Position numbers and translations under genes: made by a program
The notes under the pieces: generated by a model
Databases searched by the model: none
What the model was told of the DNA's origin: nothing
What the model saw: the letters and a program-made list of their open reading frames with translations, nothing else
DNA from: an uncultured Trueperaceae bacterium
Lineage (GTDB): Bacteria > Deinococcota > Deinococci > Deinococcales > Trueperaceae
Length of the DNA stretch: 64,000 nucleotides
NCBI GenBank assembly: GCA_963727505.1
Contig: CAVSGP010000002.1
Coordinates: 224,001-288,000, forward strand
Reading direction: 5' to 3'
Shown here: positions 46,239-57,533 of the stretch, piece after piece
Layout: every line of letters begins with the position of its first letter
How positions within the stretch are numbered: position 1 is the stretch's first letter

Positions 46239-48005
46239 CTAGCGGCTCGCCATGAGGGTTACGCCCGCGGATGCGACGACGGAGAGCTGATCAGCCGTAA
46301 CGGTCAGCGGATCGATGAGACCAGCGTAGGTAGTCTGGTAAGGGAGCGCCCCGAGATCAGGCGCAGCGCCGCTGTAAGGGAGGCCCACATCGGTGCCTGC
46401 GGCGATAGCAGGGCTATCGGATCGCAGACTCAGGAACGATGCCTGACCCGGATCGGTGCTGTTGAAGCCAGGATCGCTAATCCCAAGGTCCCAGCTGTTG
46501 CTGGCAGAATCGGAACCCCACATGCCGGGGGCGCCGTCATAGGCGATATTGTTCCGCAGCACCGTGGTGCTACCGCCGATGAAAGCGTAACCACCATTAC
46601 CGAACGCGGTGTTGTTGTAGAAGTGCACGTCCCAGCCACTGTTCTCATCGAATCCGGCGGCCCGATTGTTGAAGGCGATGGAATTACGCACCATAGTGTG
46701 CTCATTGCCAGCGCCCCCGCCAGCCTTGATACCGTTGCCATTGCCATACGCGCCGCGGCCATTGTCATGACTGATGACGTTCTCGACGAGGGTGTTGGTC
46801 GAGCGCCAGGTGTCCACCCCGTCATCGGAGTTGCCGTAGAACAAGCTGAAGGCGATGACGTTGCCGTCGCCGGAAGACAACCCGATGCCGTCAGCATCGT
46901 CACCGATCTTGCCTGAAGGGTTGTGCAGGTCGTAGTTGCCGTAGGCGGTCACATACAGATAGTGGTTACGGTCGGCAGCGATGTTCTGAAAGCCGCTGAG
47001 CTCATTGTCGTGGCTCACCAGATTGATGAGCAAGTTATCGTGACCGTCGCGCACCACCACACCCTGCTGGGGACTATGCTGCACCTCGAAGTTGGCCAGC
47101 ACATTCCAACTCGCCCCGGACAGAGCCAGGTAGGCGTTGTCCTGACCGGGCACCAGATTGCTGCCGTCGAACACCGCCCACTCACCGGGATACGACGTCC
47201 ACACGATCGGGGCACTCTGCGTCCCCGACCGGGTGAACCGCTGCTGGATCGGATAGACACCACCACGCAGGTAGACCACGTCACCAGGCTGCACCACATC
47301 AGCAGCATGCTGCACAGTACGGAAGGCCTGATCGGCACTACGACCGGTGTTGCTGTCAGAACCCGCAGAATCCACGAACAACGTCGCAGGCGGGACCGAC
47401 CAGAAACTACCCGTCGGTCCCGGCACCGGAGTAGGATCAGGAGCCGGAGTCGGGTCGGGAGTCGGGGCCGGAGTCGGGGCCGGCGAGGGGTCGGGCGAAG
47501 GCGTCGGATCCGGTGCCGGAACCGGCGAAGGATCAGACGCCGAACCGTTGCGCACCACGAAACGACCCGTGATCACCGGCGCCGTACCACGACTCACCGT
47601 AGCCACAGCGGTCAGCGCATGCGCCCCATCCGACAACGTCACAGTATCCAACGTCATCGCGAACGGAGAACCATCCGCCACGCGTGTGGCAGCACCCTCA
47701 CACGCCACATCATCCAGATAGAAAGCCACCGACTGAATCCGCGGATTATCCCGCACGGACACAGTCACAGCACCAGAGATCGTCGCTCCATCCAACTCCT
47801 TCGCATCGATCGTAGTCGTCGACTGCGACACCACCATCAACTGGAGAGACTCCGCCGACAACGCATCCGGCGCCGTCCCACAAGCCGCCATCAACACCAT
47901 CACGAGCGCGCCAACCGCCCACAGCCACACGCGCCGCGCTCGGACTGACGTCAGAAGGGTTGCAAAGGGGGTCTTTCGATCCGCATTCGTAAGCATCCGA
48001 ACCAT
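46239..48005 (-). CDS. Lipoprotein: Ig-like domain + Pro/Asp/Thr linker + right-handed parallel beta-helix (PL9 pectate lyase-like)
   Basis: Lipobox MAAC, V.FYLD...DG.H.LTA, PDPTP repeats, PGDVVYLRGG.Y, DADG, NSDDG.D, GNGNGIKAGG. Confidence 0.85.
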   Translation of the reverse strand: MVRMLTNADRKTPFATLLTSVRARRVWLWAVGALVMVLMAACGTAPDALSAESLQLMVVSQSTTTIDAKELDGATISGAVTVSVRDNPRIQSVAFYLDDVACEGAATRVADGSPFAMTLDTVTLSDGAHALTAVATVSRGTAPVITGRFVVRNGSASDPSPVPAPDPTPSPDPSPAPTPAPTPDPTPAPDPTPVPGPTGSFWSVPPATLFVDSAGSDSNTGRSADQAFRTVQHAADVVQPGDVVYLRGGVYPIQQRFTRSGTQSAPIVWTSYPGEWAVFDGSNLVPGQDNAYLALSGASWNVLANFEVQHSPQQGVVVRDGHDNLLINLVSHDNELSGFQNIAADRNHYLYVTAYGNYDLHNPSGKIGDDADGIGLSSGDGNVIAFSLFYGNSDDGVDTWRSTNTLVENVISHDNGRGAYGNGNGIKAGGGAGNEHTMVRNSIAFNNRAAGFDENSGWDVHFYNNTAFGNGGYAFIGGSTTVLRNNIAYDGAPGMWGSDSASNSWDLGISDPGFNSTDPGQASFLSLRSDSPAIAAGTDVGLPYSGAAPDLGALPYQTTYAGLIDPLTVTADQLSVVASAGVTLMASR

Positions 48006-48036
48006 CTCCCGTGGTCGGAATGCAACCTGGTCCTAC

Positions 48037-48110
48037 CCCGGTCGGTTGCATCACTGGCTCCCCGCGTCCCTTGATGCCCAGGTCGGGAACAGCGGATCAT
48101 CGCCTCCGGG
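48037..48110 (-). ncRNA. c-di-GMP-II riboswitch aptamer (gene-proximal)
   Basis: CCCGG-AGGCGATGA-[stem]-CCTGGGCATC-[stem]-GGAGCCAGTGATGCAACCGA-CCGGG. Pseudoknot GCATC/GATGC, closing stem CCCGG/CCGGG. Confidence 0.85.
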
Positions 48111-48195
48111 ACCCCCCAAAAGGGGGAGCCATTGGTTTTCCTTGGGAGCTTGCACCGGCACGCCAGCGGAACGACGAGACCAAGCACAGCAAAGC

Positions 48196-48272
48196 CCTCG
48201 ACCGGTTGCGCCACTAGCTCGGCTCGTTCCAAGCGCCCAAGGATTACAGAACGAGCGTCAACGCCTTCGAGG
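48196..48272 (-). ncRNA. c-di-GMP-II riboswitch aptamer (gene-distal)
   Basis: CCTCGA-AGGCGTTGA-C-GCTCGTTC...TGGGCGCT..GAACGAGC-CGAGCTAGTGGCGCAACCGG-TCGAGG. Pseudoknot GCGC/GCGC, closing stem CCTCGA/TCGAGG. Confidence 0.85.
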
Positions 48273-48307
48273 TACTACACGCGCCCATCAAGAAACGCGC
48301 TAACCCA

Positions 48308-48316
48308 AGAGTACCA
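48308..48316 (-). promoter_or_regulatory. Candidate extended -10 for the riboswitch leader
   Basis: TGG-TACTCT about 35 nt upstream of the distal aptamer. Confidence 0.35.
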
Positions 48317-48748
48317 CCACCACACCAATACGGAGAGAGAACGCCCACACACACAGGCGATTCGAGCGACTTGCCTTCCAGGACAGACTTCCTGCCACGC
48401 CGACCGTGAACGGCGCCAACAACGCCGCGGGACATTTCGCCCTTGACGGGAGCCCCCCGAAGTTCGGTTGCCCCCTCCACCGGCAGCGTCGCTCCGCGTT
48501 CCAACTCCACGCTGACGATGTAAATCTCACCGTCCTCGACGTTCTCCGTGGCGTGCGTCGCCAACGAGCTGGGCCGCGGCTCCGTGCAGTCCCGGTCGAC
48601 GATGTCGACCTGCGCTGCGCGTCGCCTGCTCCCCATCGCCTGCTCCCCCAAGAACGACGGTAGACGGGGCGGCGAGACGGCGGAGTGACACCGCCTGGGG
48701 GTCCCAGACCGCAACGAGCGTCCCCTATACTCTCCTGCAAGGAGGCGC

Positions 48749-49496
48749 ATGCGCGACGTGGAACGCGGCCTGTCGCAGGAGCAGCGGCTGATGCGCCAAT
48801 CCTGCCGAAGCTTCGTGAACGAGACGGTGACGCCCTTATCGCCGAGGAGGTCGCACGCGGGGACTCCGGCCTGGCCGACAAGCTCTCTCAGGTCTAGAAG
48901 GTCAGCGTACTGCTGCGCAACATCGCCCCGCGCCACCTGCAGGAGCGGTGGTTCCCGGAGCTCGTCGGCGATCGAGCTTCCTCCTTGCCCACTGCCTGAC
49001 CGAGAACGACGCGCTCTCCAAGGCGGGCGTGTACTTCAAGCCCGACAAGATCCTTCAAGCCGCCAAGAACCTCGGCGTCGGCATGGCCGCCTTCGAGCGG
49101 ACCGCCGAGTACGTCCAGACCTACGTGCAGGGCGGCAAGATCCTCATCAAGCACCAGGCCGTGGCGCTGCGGCTGGCGGCCATGGCGACCAAGCTGAGCG
49201 CGGTGCGCGCGCTGCTCCGGGAGGCCGCGCGCGAGGTCGATGCACGCGGCCCGGACGCGGACCCGCTGTGCAACATGACGAAGGTCTACGCCTCGGAGGA
49301 GATCTTCGAGGTCGCCAAGCACGCCGTGGAGCTGCACGGCGGCTCCGGCATGATGCTGGAGCAGGGCATCGAGAAGCTCTTCCGCGACGCCGCCATCTTC
49401 CTCCACATGGACGCCACCGTCGACATCTCGAAGTTCAAGATCGTGAAATCGATGTTCCCGGACACGGCAGGGACCTACGCCGGGGTGGAGGGGTAG
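48749..49496 (+). pseudogene. Acyl-CoA dehydrogenase pseudogene
   Basis: SD AAGGAGG. N-terminal LSQEQRLMRQSCRSFV, EEVARGD, internal TAG 48895-48897, frameshifts, middle domain missing after CLTE, intact C-terminal AVELHGG.G......IEKLFRDA. Confidence 0.88.
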
Positions 49497-49694
49497 GCAG
49501 AAGCGGGCGACTCGGCCCCTAGCTGCTGCTCTTCCCCGGCGAGGGGATCACGGCCTACCGCGGCCATGCCAACGTGTGGGGCGTACCCGGTTGGCTGGAA
49601 GCGGAAGGCCCCGCATCCGCAGCTCTCCCCATTCAGTCCAAGCGCTTACCCTTCCCTCCAACGCTTGCCGGAAAGCGAGTGACCTCAGCCGAGC

Positions 49695-52244
<2,550 letters not shown>

Positions 52245-53306
52245 TTACTGGGAGATGGCGTCGTAAACGCGCGTGTCCACGGCGTCGGAGAAGCTCACCG
52301 GGTTCTTGAGCAGGCCGACCTTCACCAGCAGACCTACCGAGCTGTCGAAGGCCGCCTTGTCGAGGTGCCCGATCTTGGTGTCGGCAGCGGGCTTGACGAG
52401 CTTCGCCACCTCGGCCATCTGCCAGGTCTGGTGGATCACCGGGCTCTGGCGCGTGCCTGAGCCAGCACAGGTATCACCGCAGTGCTTGAGAACGAGGTCG
52501 ACCGCTTCCTTCTGGTGATCGATGGCATACTGCCAACCCTTGATGCTCGCCCTGAGGAAGCGTTCGGCGACCTGCATGCCGGTGAGCCCCGAGCCCTTGA
52601 AGTTGGTGCTGCTGAGCACCTTCGGCGTGGTGAAGATGTTGTCCTCGAGGAGGTTCGCGCCGACGTCTGCGGGGTTGAGGATGACCAACGAGTCGAGCGG
52701 GTACCCGAGCCCCACGATCTGGTCGAGCTCGTTGTAGGTCATGGCGCTCGCGACGTCGACCTTGTTGGGGAACACCAACGAGGGGTCGAAGGCGTACACC
52801 ACGGTCTTGACGTCGGGGTTCTTGACCGTGGGATCGAGGTTGGAGGTGAAGCCGGCGGCGGCGAAGACCGCCTGCGCCGCGAACTCGTTGCCGAAGCCCC
52901 ACACGCCAACGGTCTTGCCGGCGAGGTCCTGGATGCTGCGGATGCCGGAACTCTTGAGAGCGACCATCCGGTAGCCCGAGTCCTGGAAGATCTGCGCGAT
53001 CGTGACGACGTCGAGACCCTTCTCGCGCTGCGCCAGCATGTTGGCGACCCAGTCGGTACCGAAGTCGGCGTTGCCAGAGCCGACCTGCACGGTGGGGTTG
53101 ACGTTGCCGCCGTCGAGGATGTTGACGTCGAGCCCTTCGTCGGCGTAGAAACCCTTGTCCTGCGCCACGAAGTAGCCGGCGAACTGCGCCTGCGGGAACC
53201 ACTTCGATTGGAAGTTGATCTTGATCAAGTTCTGCGCCATGCCGAAGGGCAGGCCCAGAAGCGCGAGCGCGAGCAGGGTGAAAGCTGCGCGGGAGAATCG
53301 TCTCAT
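52245..53306 (-). CDS. ABC transporter substrate-binding protein (NMT1/THI5-like, probably pyrimidine)
   Basis: Signal peptide. KWFPQAQFAGYFVA..KGFY..EGLDV, AMTYNE, FLRASIKGW.YA. Confidence 0.92.
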   Translation of the reverse strand: MRRFSRAAFTLLALALLGLPFGMAQNLIKINFQSKWFPQAQFAGYFVAQDKGFYADEGLDVNILDGGNVNPTVQVGSGNADFGTDWVANMLAQREKGLDVVTIAQIFQDSGYRMVALKSSGIRSIQDLAGKTVGVWGFGNEFAAQAVFAAAGFTSNLDPTVKNPDVKTVVYAFDPSLVFPNKVDVASAMTYNELDQIVGLGYPLDSLVILNPADVGANLLEDNIFTTPKVLSSTNFKGSGLTGMQVAERFLRASIKGWQYAIDHQKEAVDLVLKHCGDTCAGSGTRQSPVIHQTWQMAEVAKLVKPAADTKIGHLDKAAFDSSVGLLVKVGLLKNPVSFSDAVDTRVYDAISQ

Positions 53307-53474
53307 GTCTCCTCCTCCACGTTGGTCCTTCGGGTCGGAAGCCGTGCACGCGTCCGGGATCGGCCGACGGCGTCCGTGAGAAGTGGATTTGCCCGCGGCG
53401 TGAGGTGCCTGGCTCGAAGGACGGGAAGGGGCACGGCGGCACCGCAGGCGGGCGGCTGTCGTCAGGGACCCATA

Positions 53475-54632
53475 TCAGGACCCCCTAGAGGACGGGTGCC
53501 ATGCCGTCGTGAGGCGTTCGAAGAGCAGGATGGTCCCGTACAGAAGCATCGAAATGACGCTCGAGACCAGGATGGCCGCGAACACCACGTCAAAAGCGCC
53601 GCGGTGGGCGGACAGGCTGATGCGCTGGCCGAGCCCGTTGGGCGGGCCGGGGATCAGGAACTCGGCAACGATCACGCTCACGATGGCGATCACCACCGAG
53701 ATCTTCAGCGCATTGAAGACGAAGGGCAGCGAGTTCGGGAACCGCAGCGCCGTGAACACCTGCCGCGGCGTGGCCGCGTAGGCGCGGAGCAGATCGAGCC
53801 GCAAGGGGTCGACGCGCGTGAGGCCCTGCACAGTGTTGAGCACCACAGGGAAGAAGGTGACGATGACGACCACCGCCGCCTTCGACTGCCAGTCGACCCC
53901 GAACGCACGGCCCAGCACCGGCGCCAGGCCCACGATCGGCACCGCCCCGAACGCGGTAGCCAGCGGCAGGAACCCTCGCTGCAGGAAGCGACTCATCGCC
54001 ACGGACACGCCGGCCGTGTAGCCGGCGACGAGGCCGATGACGAAGCCCAGCAGCACCTCCTTCACGAAGGTGACGTAGCTGTCCTGCAACAACACCGGCC
54101 AGGAGGTGACCAGAGCGGTGAAGATGTCCGTCACGCGCGGGAAGATGCCCATGGGTACGCGGTACCCCACCACCAGCCCCTCCCACAACAGCAGGACCAC
54201 CAGCGGCACCATGGCCACGGGCAGGATGCGCTGCAGGCGCTTGTCGAACGGCGCCGTCTCAGGCCCCAGCGACGTCAGGCTCACGCGCCCGAGGGCCACC
54301 AGCGACGCCGCCACGAACCCCCCGAAGGCGGCCCAGTAGCCCCAGGCGCCGGGGCCTGCAAGCACTCGCTGGCCGAGCAGGCTGAGGAAGGCTCCCAGCA
54401 GCGCGACCGGAGCCAGCGCGGCAGCGCTCCGTAGGCGGCCGTCGATGGCCAGCACGACGGTGACGAGCCAGACGATGAGCGGCCACGCCCCCAGCCGCGC
54501 GAGCGCATCCGGGCCGCCCGCCGTGAGCGGGCCGAAGGTGCCCACCAGCGCCACCGCCAGGCACGCCAGCGCCGGCCACGTGGGGCGCCGGGCGCGGGCG
54601 CCTGCGACGACGCGGCGCGCGCGGCCGGTCAT
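53475..54632 (-). CDS. ABC transporter permease (SsuC/TauC type)
   Basis: P.VGLAP, FFPV..NTVQGL, LRFPNSLPF.F..LK. ATGA overlap with the upstream permease. Confidence 0.92.
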   Translation of the reverse strand: MTGRARRVVAGARARRPTWPALACLAVALVGTFGPLTAGGPDALARLGAWPLIVWLVTVVLAIDGRLRSAAALAPVALLGAFLSLLGQRVLAGPGAWGYWAAFGGFVAASLVALGRVSLTSLGPETAPFDKRLQRILPVAMVPLVVLLLWEGLVVGYRVPMGIFPRVTDIFTALVTSWPVLLQDSYVTFVKEVLLGFVIGLVAGYTAGVSVAMSRFLQRGFLPLATAFGAVPIVGLAPVLGRAFGVDWQSKAAVVVIVTFFPVVLNTVQGLTRVDPLRLDLLRAYAATPRQVFTALRFPNSLPFVFNALKISVVIAIVSVIVAEFLIPGPPNGLGQRISLSAHRGAFDVVFAAILVSSVISMLLYGTILLFERLTTAWHPSSRGS

Positions 54633-56485
54633 GGCCGGTCCCAAGGCGCCGTGACGCGCTGCACCAGCCCGACCAGCGCCACCAGCCCGATGCCCAGCGC
54701 CGCGGAGATCAGCAGCAGGATCCACAGGTCGGAGACGTTGCCAGCCTGCACCTGGCCGATGATGTCGTAACCGAGCCCGCGGCGGTTGTTGGATTCCGTC
54801 TCCGCCACCAGCGCCCCGACCAGGGCCGCTGCGGTGCCCAGCTTGAGGCTGGTGAAAAGGAACGGCACCGCCGCCGGGAAGCGCACCTTGAAGAACACCT
54901 GGAACGGGCTGGCGGCGTAGCTCTTCATGAGGTCGAGCGCCAGAGGGTCGACCGAGCGCAGGCCGGTGACGGTACCCACCGTGACCGGGAAGAACGCGAT
55001 GTACGCGCCGATCAGAGCCGTGGGGATGAGGCTCGTCTGGACGGTGATGCCGACGTTGCCGAGGACCAGCAGCAGCACCGGCACCAGCGCGATGATCGGC
55101 ACCGTCTGGGAGGCGATCACCCAGGGCAGGAGCGCCTGCTCGAGCGGCCGCAGGAACACGAACAACACCGCCAGCAGCACCCCGAAGGCTCCGCCGAGCA
55201 GCAGTGCCGACACCGTGCCGGCGGTGGTGTAGAGCACGCCGCGCACGATGTTGCGCTGGTCCGTGATGGGGTAGTGGGTGAAGTACGGCACCACACTCGC
55301 TGCGATCCAGTTGGGGAAGGGCACCGGGTGTTGCGGCATGCTGTAGAAACACTGCATCACCGTGCTGCCGCACGCGGGCCGCGCGTAGTAGGTGTAGTCG
55401 GCGGCCCACACCACGCTCCCCGGTTGCGGCGCCGCTGCCAGCGTGATGGTGCCCTCGCGCACGTCGCTGACAAGATAGTCGCGGTATTGACGCACCTCGG
55501 CGTTGCGCCGGGGCGGCGTGACGAAGGTGACGACCGGCCCGTCGCGCGTGTACTGGCTTCCGGGGGTCATGAGCTGGCCGTCCACGGTCACCAGGCCGCG
55601 GGAAGAGGCGAAGGTGAAGCGCGCGCGCTGACCGTCGACGCGTTCTCCCGTCCGCTCCGGCGTCGAAGACAGCGCCGTGCCGTCCACGTACACCTGGCGC
55701 GACGGATCCGTGTCGACAACGGGGGCGTGCGCGAAGGTGAAGGTGCGGTTGCTGCCGTCGACCGCGCCGCTGAGCCGCTCGGCGAGACGCACCGCGTCGT
55801 GGCCCACGCGCGGCCGGACGCTGGCAGGCCGGGCGAGCGCGACGAGACCCTTGGCCGGGTCGAGCACCGCGTAGTCGCCGGTGATGCGACGCACCTCGGC
55901 GTTGAAGGGGGGCGCCTGCGCGAACGTGACCTTGTCACCCTTGGCCTGGTAGTCCCGCCCCGGCACCAGCACCCGGTCGCCCACCACGATCGGGCCCGAG
56001 GCGTCATCGAAGCTGAAGGCGGTCGCGCGGCCGTCGGCGCGCTCGACGGAGTCGGCGGTACCGGCATGCAGCAGCTTTCCGCCGAGGTAGAGGGGCGCCG
56101 CGGCGTCGACGCCGGCGGGCAGGCGGTACTCCAGGCGGGCGCTGTCGAGAGGGCCCTCGAGCCCCGAGCCCAGCTGCACCACGGGACGCGCCGACGCGCC
56201 CTCGAGACGCACGGTCGCCCCGTCTTGCTGGTAGCGGGCGGCCAGCGGAGCGCCGTCACGCACCAGCACGCCGTTCGCCGGGGCGGCATCGAACCTCAGG
56301 CTGGTTCCGCCGTTCGGCACCTCGGCGACGGGCTGAGCGACGCTGGTGGCGGTGACCCAGTTGCTGAGATCATGCATGCGCTGGCGGGCCAACGGCAGGC
56401 CGAAGAGCAGCGCGATCGGGTAGCCCAGGGCGATGGTCGCCAGCATCACGGCGATCACGGGCCAGGCGCGCCGCAGCCAGCTCAT
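54629..56485 (-). CDS. ABC transporter permease with ~330-aa extracytoplasmic repeat insertion
   Basis: N-terminal TM, beta-rich repeats, then a canonical permease core (SQTVPIIALVP, FFPV...GLRSVD, VRFPAAVPFLF). Confidence 0.9.
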   Translation of the reverse strand: MSWLRRAWPVIAVMLATIALGYPIALLFGLPLARQRMHDLSNWVTATSVAQPVAEVPNGGTSLRFDAAPANGVLVRDGAPLAARYQQDGATVRLEGASARPVVQLGSGLEGPLDSARLEYRLPAGVDAAAPLYLGGKLLHAGTADSVERADGRATAFSFDDASGPIVVGDRVLVPGRDYQAKGDKVTFAQAPPFNAEVRRITGDYAVLDPAKGLVALARPASVRPRVGHDAVRLAERLSGAVDGSNRTFTFAHAPVVDTDPSRQVYVDGTALSSTPERTGERVDGQRARFTFASSRGLVTVDGQLMTPGSQYTRDGPVVTFVTPPRRNAEVRQYRDYLVSDVREGTITLAAAPQPGSVVWAADYTYYARPACGSTVMQCFYSMPQHPVPFPNWIAASVVPYFTHYPITDQRNIVRGVLYTTAGTVSALLLGGAFGVLLAVLFVFLRPLEQALLPWVIASQTVPIIALVPVLLLVLGNVGITVQTSLIPTALIGAYIAFFPVTVGTVTGLRSVDPLALDLMKSYAASPFQVFFKVRFPAAVPFLFTSLKLGTAAALVGALVAETESNNRRGLGYDIIGQVQAGNVSDLWILLLISAALGIGLVALVGLVQRVTAPWDRP

Positions 56486-57492
56486 GGCGCCACGGCGCCC
56501 CCATCGCTCCCCGGACCGCCTTCGGGGCCCTTGACCGCCACGGTTGCCGCGGCCTGACCCAGGCGTAGCGCCTCGCGCACCTCCGTGGTGAGCTGGAAGA
56601 AGCGCTCGGACTCACGCGACTCGGGCGAGCGCGGGTAGGGCAGGTCGACGTCGATGATCTTCTGGATGCGTCCGGGCCGGGCCGTCATCACCACGATGCG
56701 CGAGGACAGGAACACCGCCTCGGCGATCGAGTGCGTCACGAAGAGCACCGTCTTGCCGGTCTGCCCCCAGATGCGCAGCAGCTCGTGGTTCATGGTCTCG
56801 CGCGTGATCTCGTCCAGGGCGCCGAAGGGCTCATCCATGAGCAGCAACCTGGGATCGAACGCCAGCGCTCGGGCGATGGAGACACGCTGCTGCATGCCCC
56901 CGGAGAGCTGCCATGGGTACTGGCGATGGAAGTTCTCCAGTCCCACCATGGCGAGTAGCTCCGCCGCCCGCTCACCACGCTCGGCGCGCGGGAAGCCCAT
57001 GATCTCGAGCGGCAGGGTGACGTTGGCGACCACCGTGCGCCAGTCGTAGAGCACGGGCGCCTGGAATACGAAGCCGTACTCGCGCGCCTCGCGCGCTTCA
57101 GGTGCGCTCTTGCCCGCCACCTCGAGCGTGCCGGAGGTGGGCTGGATGAGGTCCGCCACCAGTCTGAGCAGGGTGGTCTTGCCGCATCCAGACGGGCCGA
57201 TGAGGCTCACGAACTCACCCTGATACACCTCCAGATCAGCATCCTTGAGCGCCACCGCCTCCACGCTGCGGACGCGGTAGGTCTTGCACACCTTGTCTGC
57301 TCGGATGACCACCGGCCGTGCGTTGGTCGCCGCCGTGTCGGGTGAAGCCGGTACCGATGCGGGAGCGTCTCCCGCCGCCGCACCGTCCCTCGCGCCGGCC
57401 GGCACCTCCGGCCCGGGGGCGGTGGACGGGCTCCGGACCTCGGCCCTGGCCGCTGCCCGGCGGACGGGCGTGGGTTCGGATCGGCTCGACAA
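56482..57492 (-). CDS. ABC transporter ATP-binding protein
   Basis: GPSGCGKT, LSGGMQQR, LLMDEPFGALD, VTH. TTG start after GAGGAGG. Confidence 0.95.
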   Translation of the reverse strand: MSSRSEPTPVRRAAARAEVRSPSTAPGPEVPAGARDGAAAGDAPASVPASPDTAATNARPVVIRADKVCKTYRVRSVEAVALKDADLEVYQGEFVSLIGPSGCGKTTLLRLVADLIQPTSGTLEVAGKSAPEAREAREYGFVFQAPVLYDWRTVVANVTLPLEIMGFPRAERGERAAELLAMVGLENFHRQYPWQLSGGMQQRVSIARALAFDPRLLLMDEPFGALDEITRETMNHELLRIWGQTGKTVLFVTHSIAEAVFLSSRIVVMTARPGRIQKIIDVDLPYPRSPESRESERFFQLTTEVREALRLGQAAATVAVKGPEGGPGSDGGAVAP

Positions 57493-57533
57493 GATCGCTT
57501 CCTCCTCCGGGATGAGCACGTCGGGCGGCGAGA

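Noticed and set aside
47415..47545. Repetitive DNA inside the beta-helix gene
   Set aside because: Encodes an ordinary Pro/Asp/Thr interdomain linker.
48185..48210. GCAAAGCC on the plus strand suggesting a c-di-GMP-I riboswitch
   Set aside because: No upstream GGCAAAC/GNRA stem and wrong strand. The region is explained by the minus-strand class II aptamer.
48400..48700. Minus-strand peptide VDIVDRDCTE...EIYIVSVELERG as a gene or relic
   Set aside because: No start/SD and no recognisable family. Cannot be supported without a search.
46066..49694. Integrative element or IS around the atypical-composition segment
   Set aside because: No integrase, transposase, tRNA target, terminal inverted repeats or flanking direct repeats visible.
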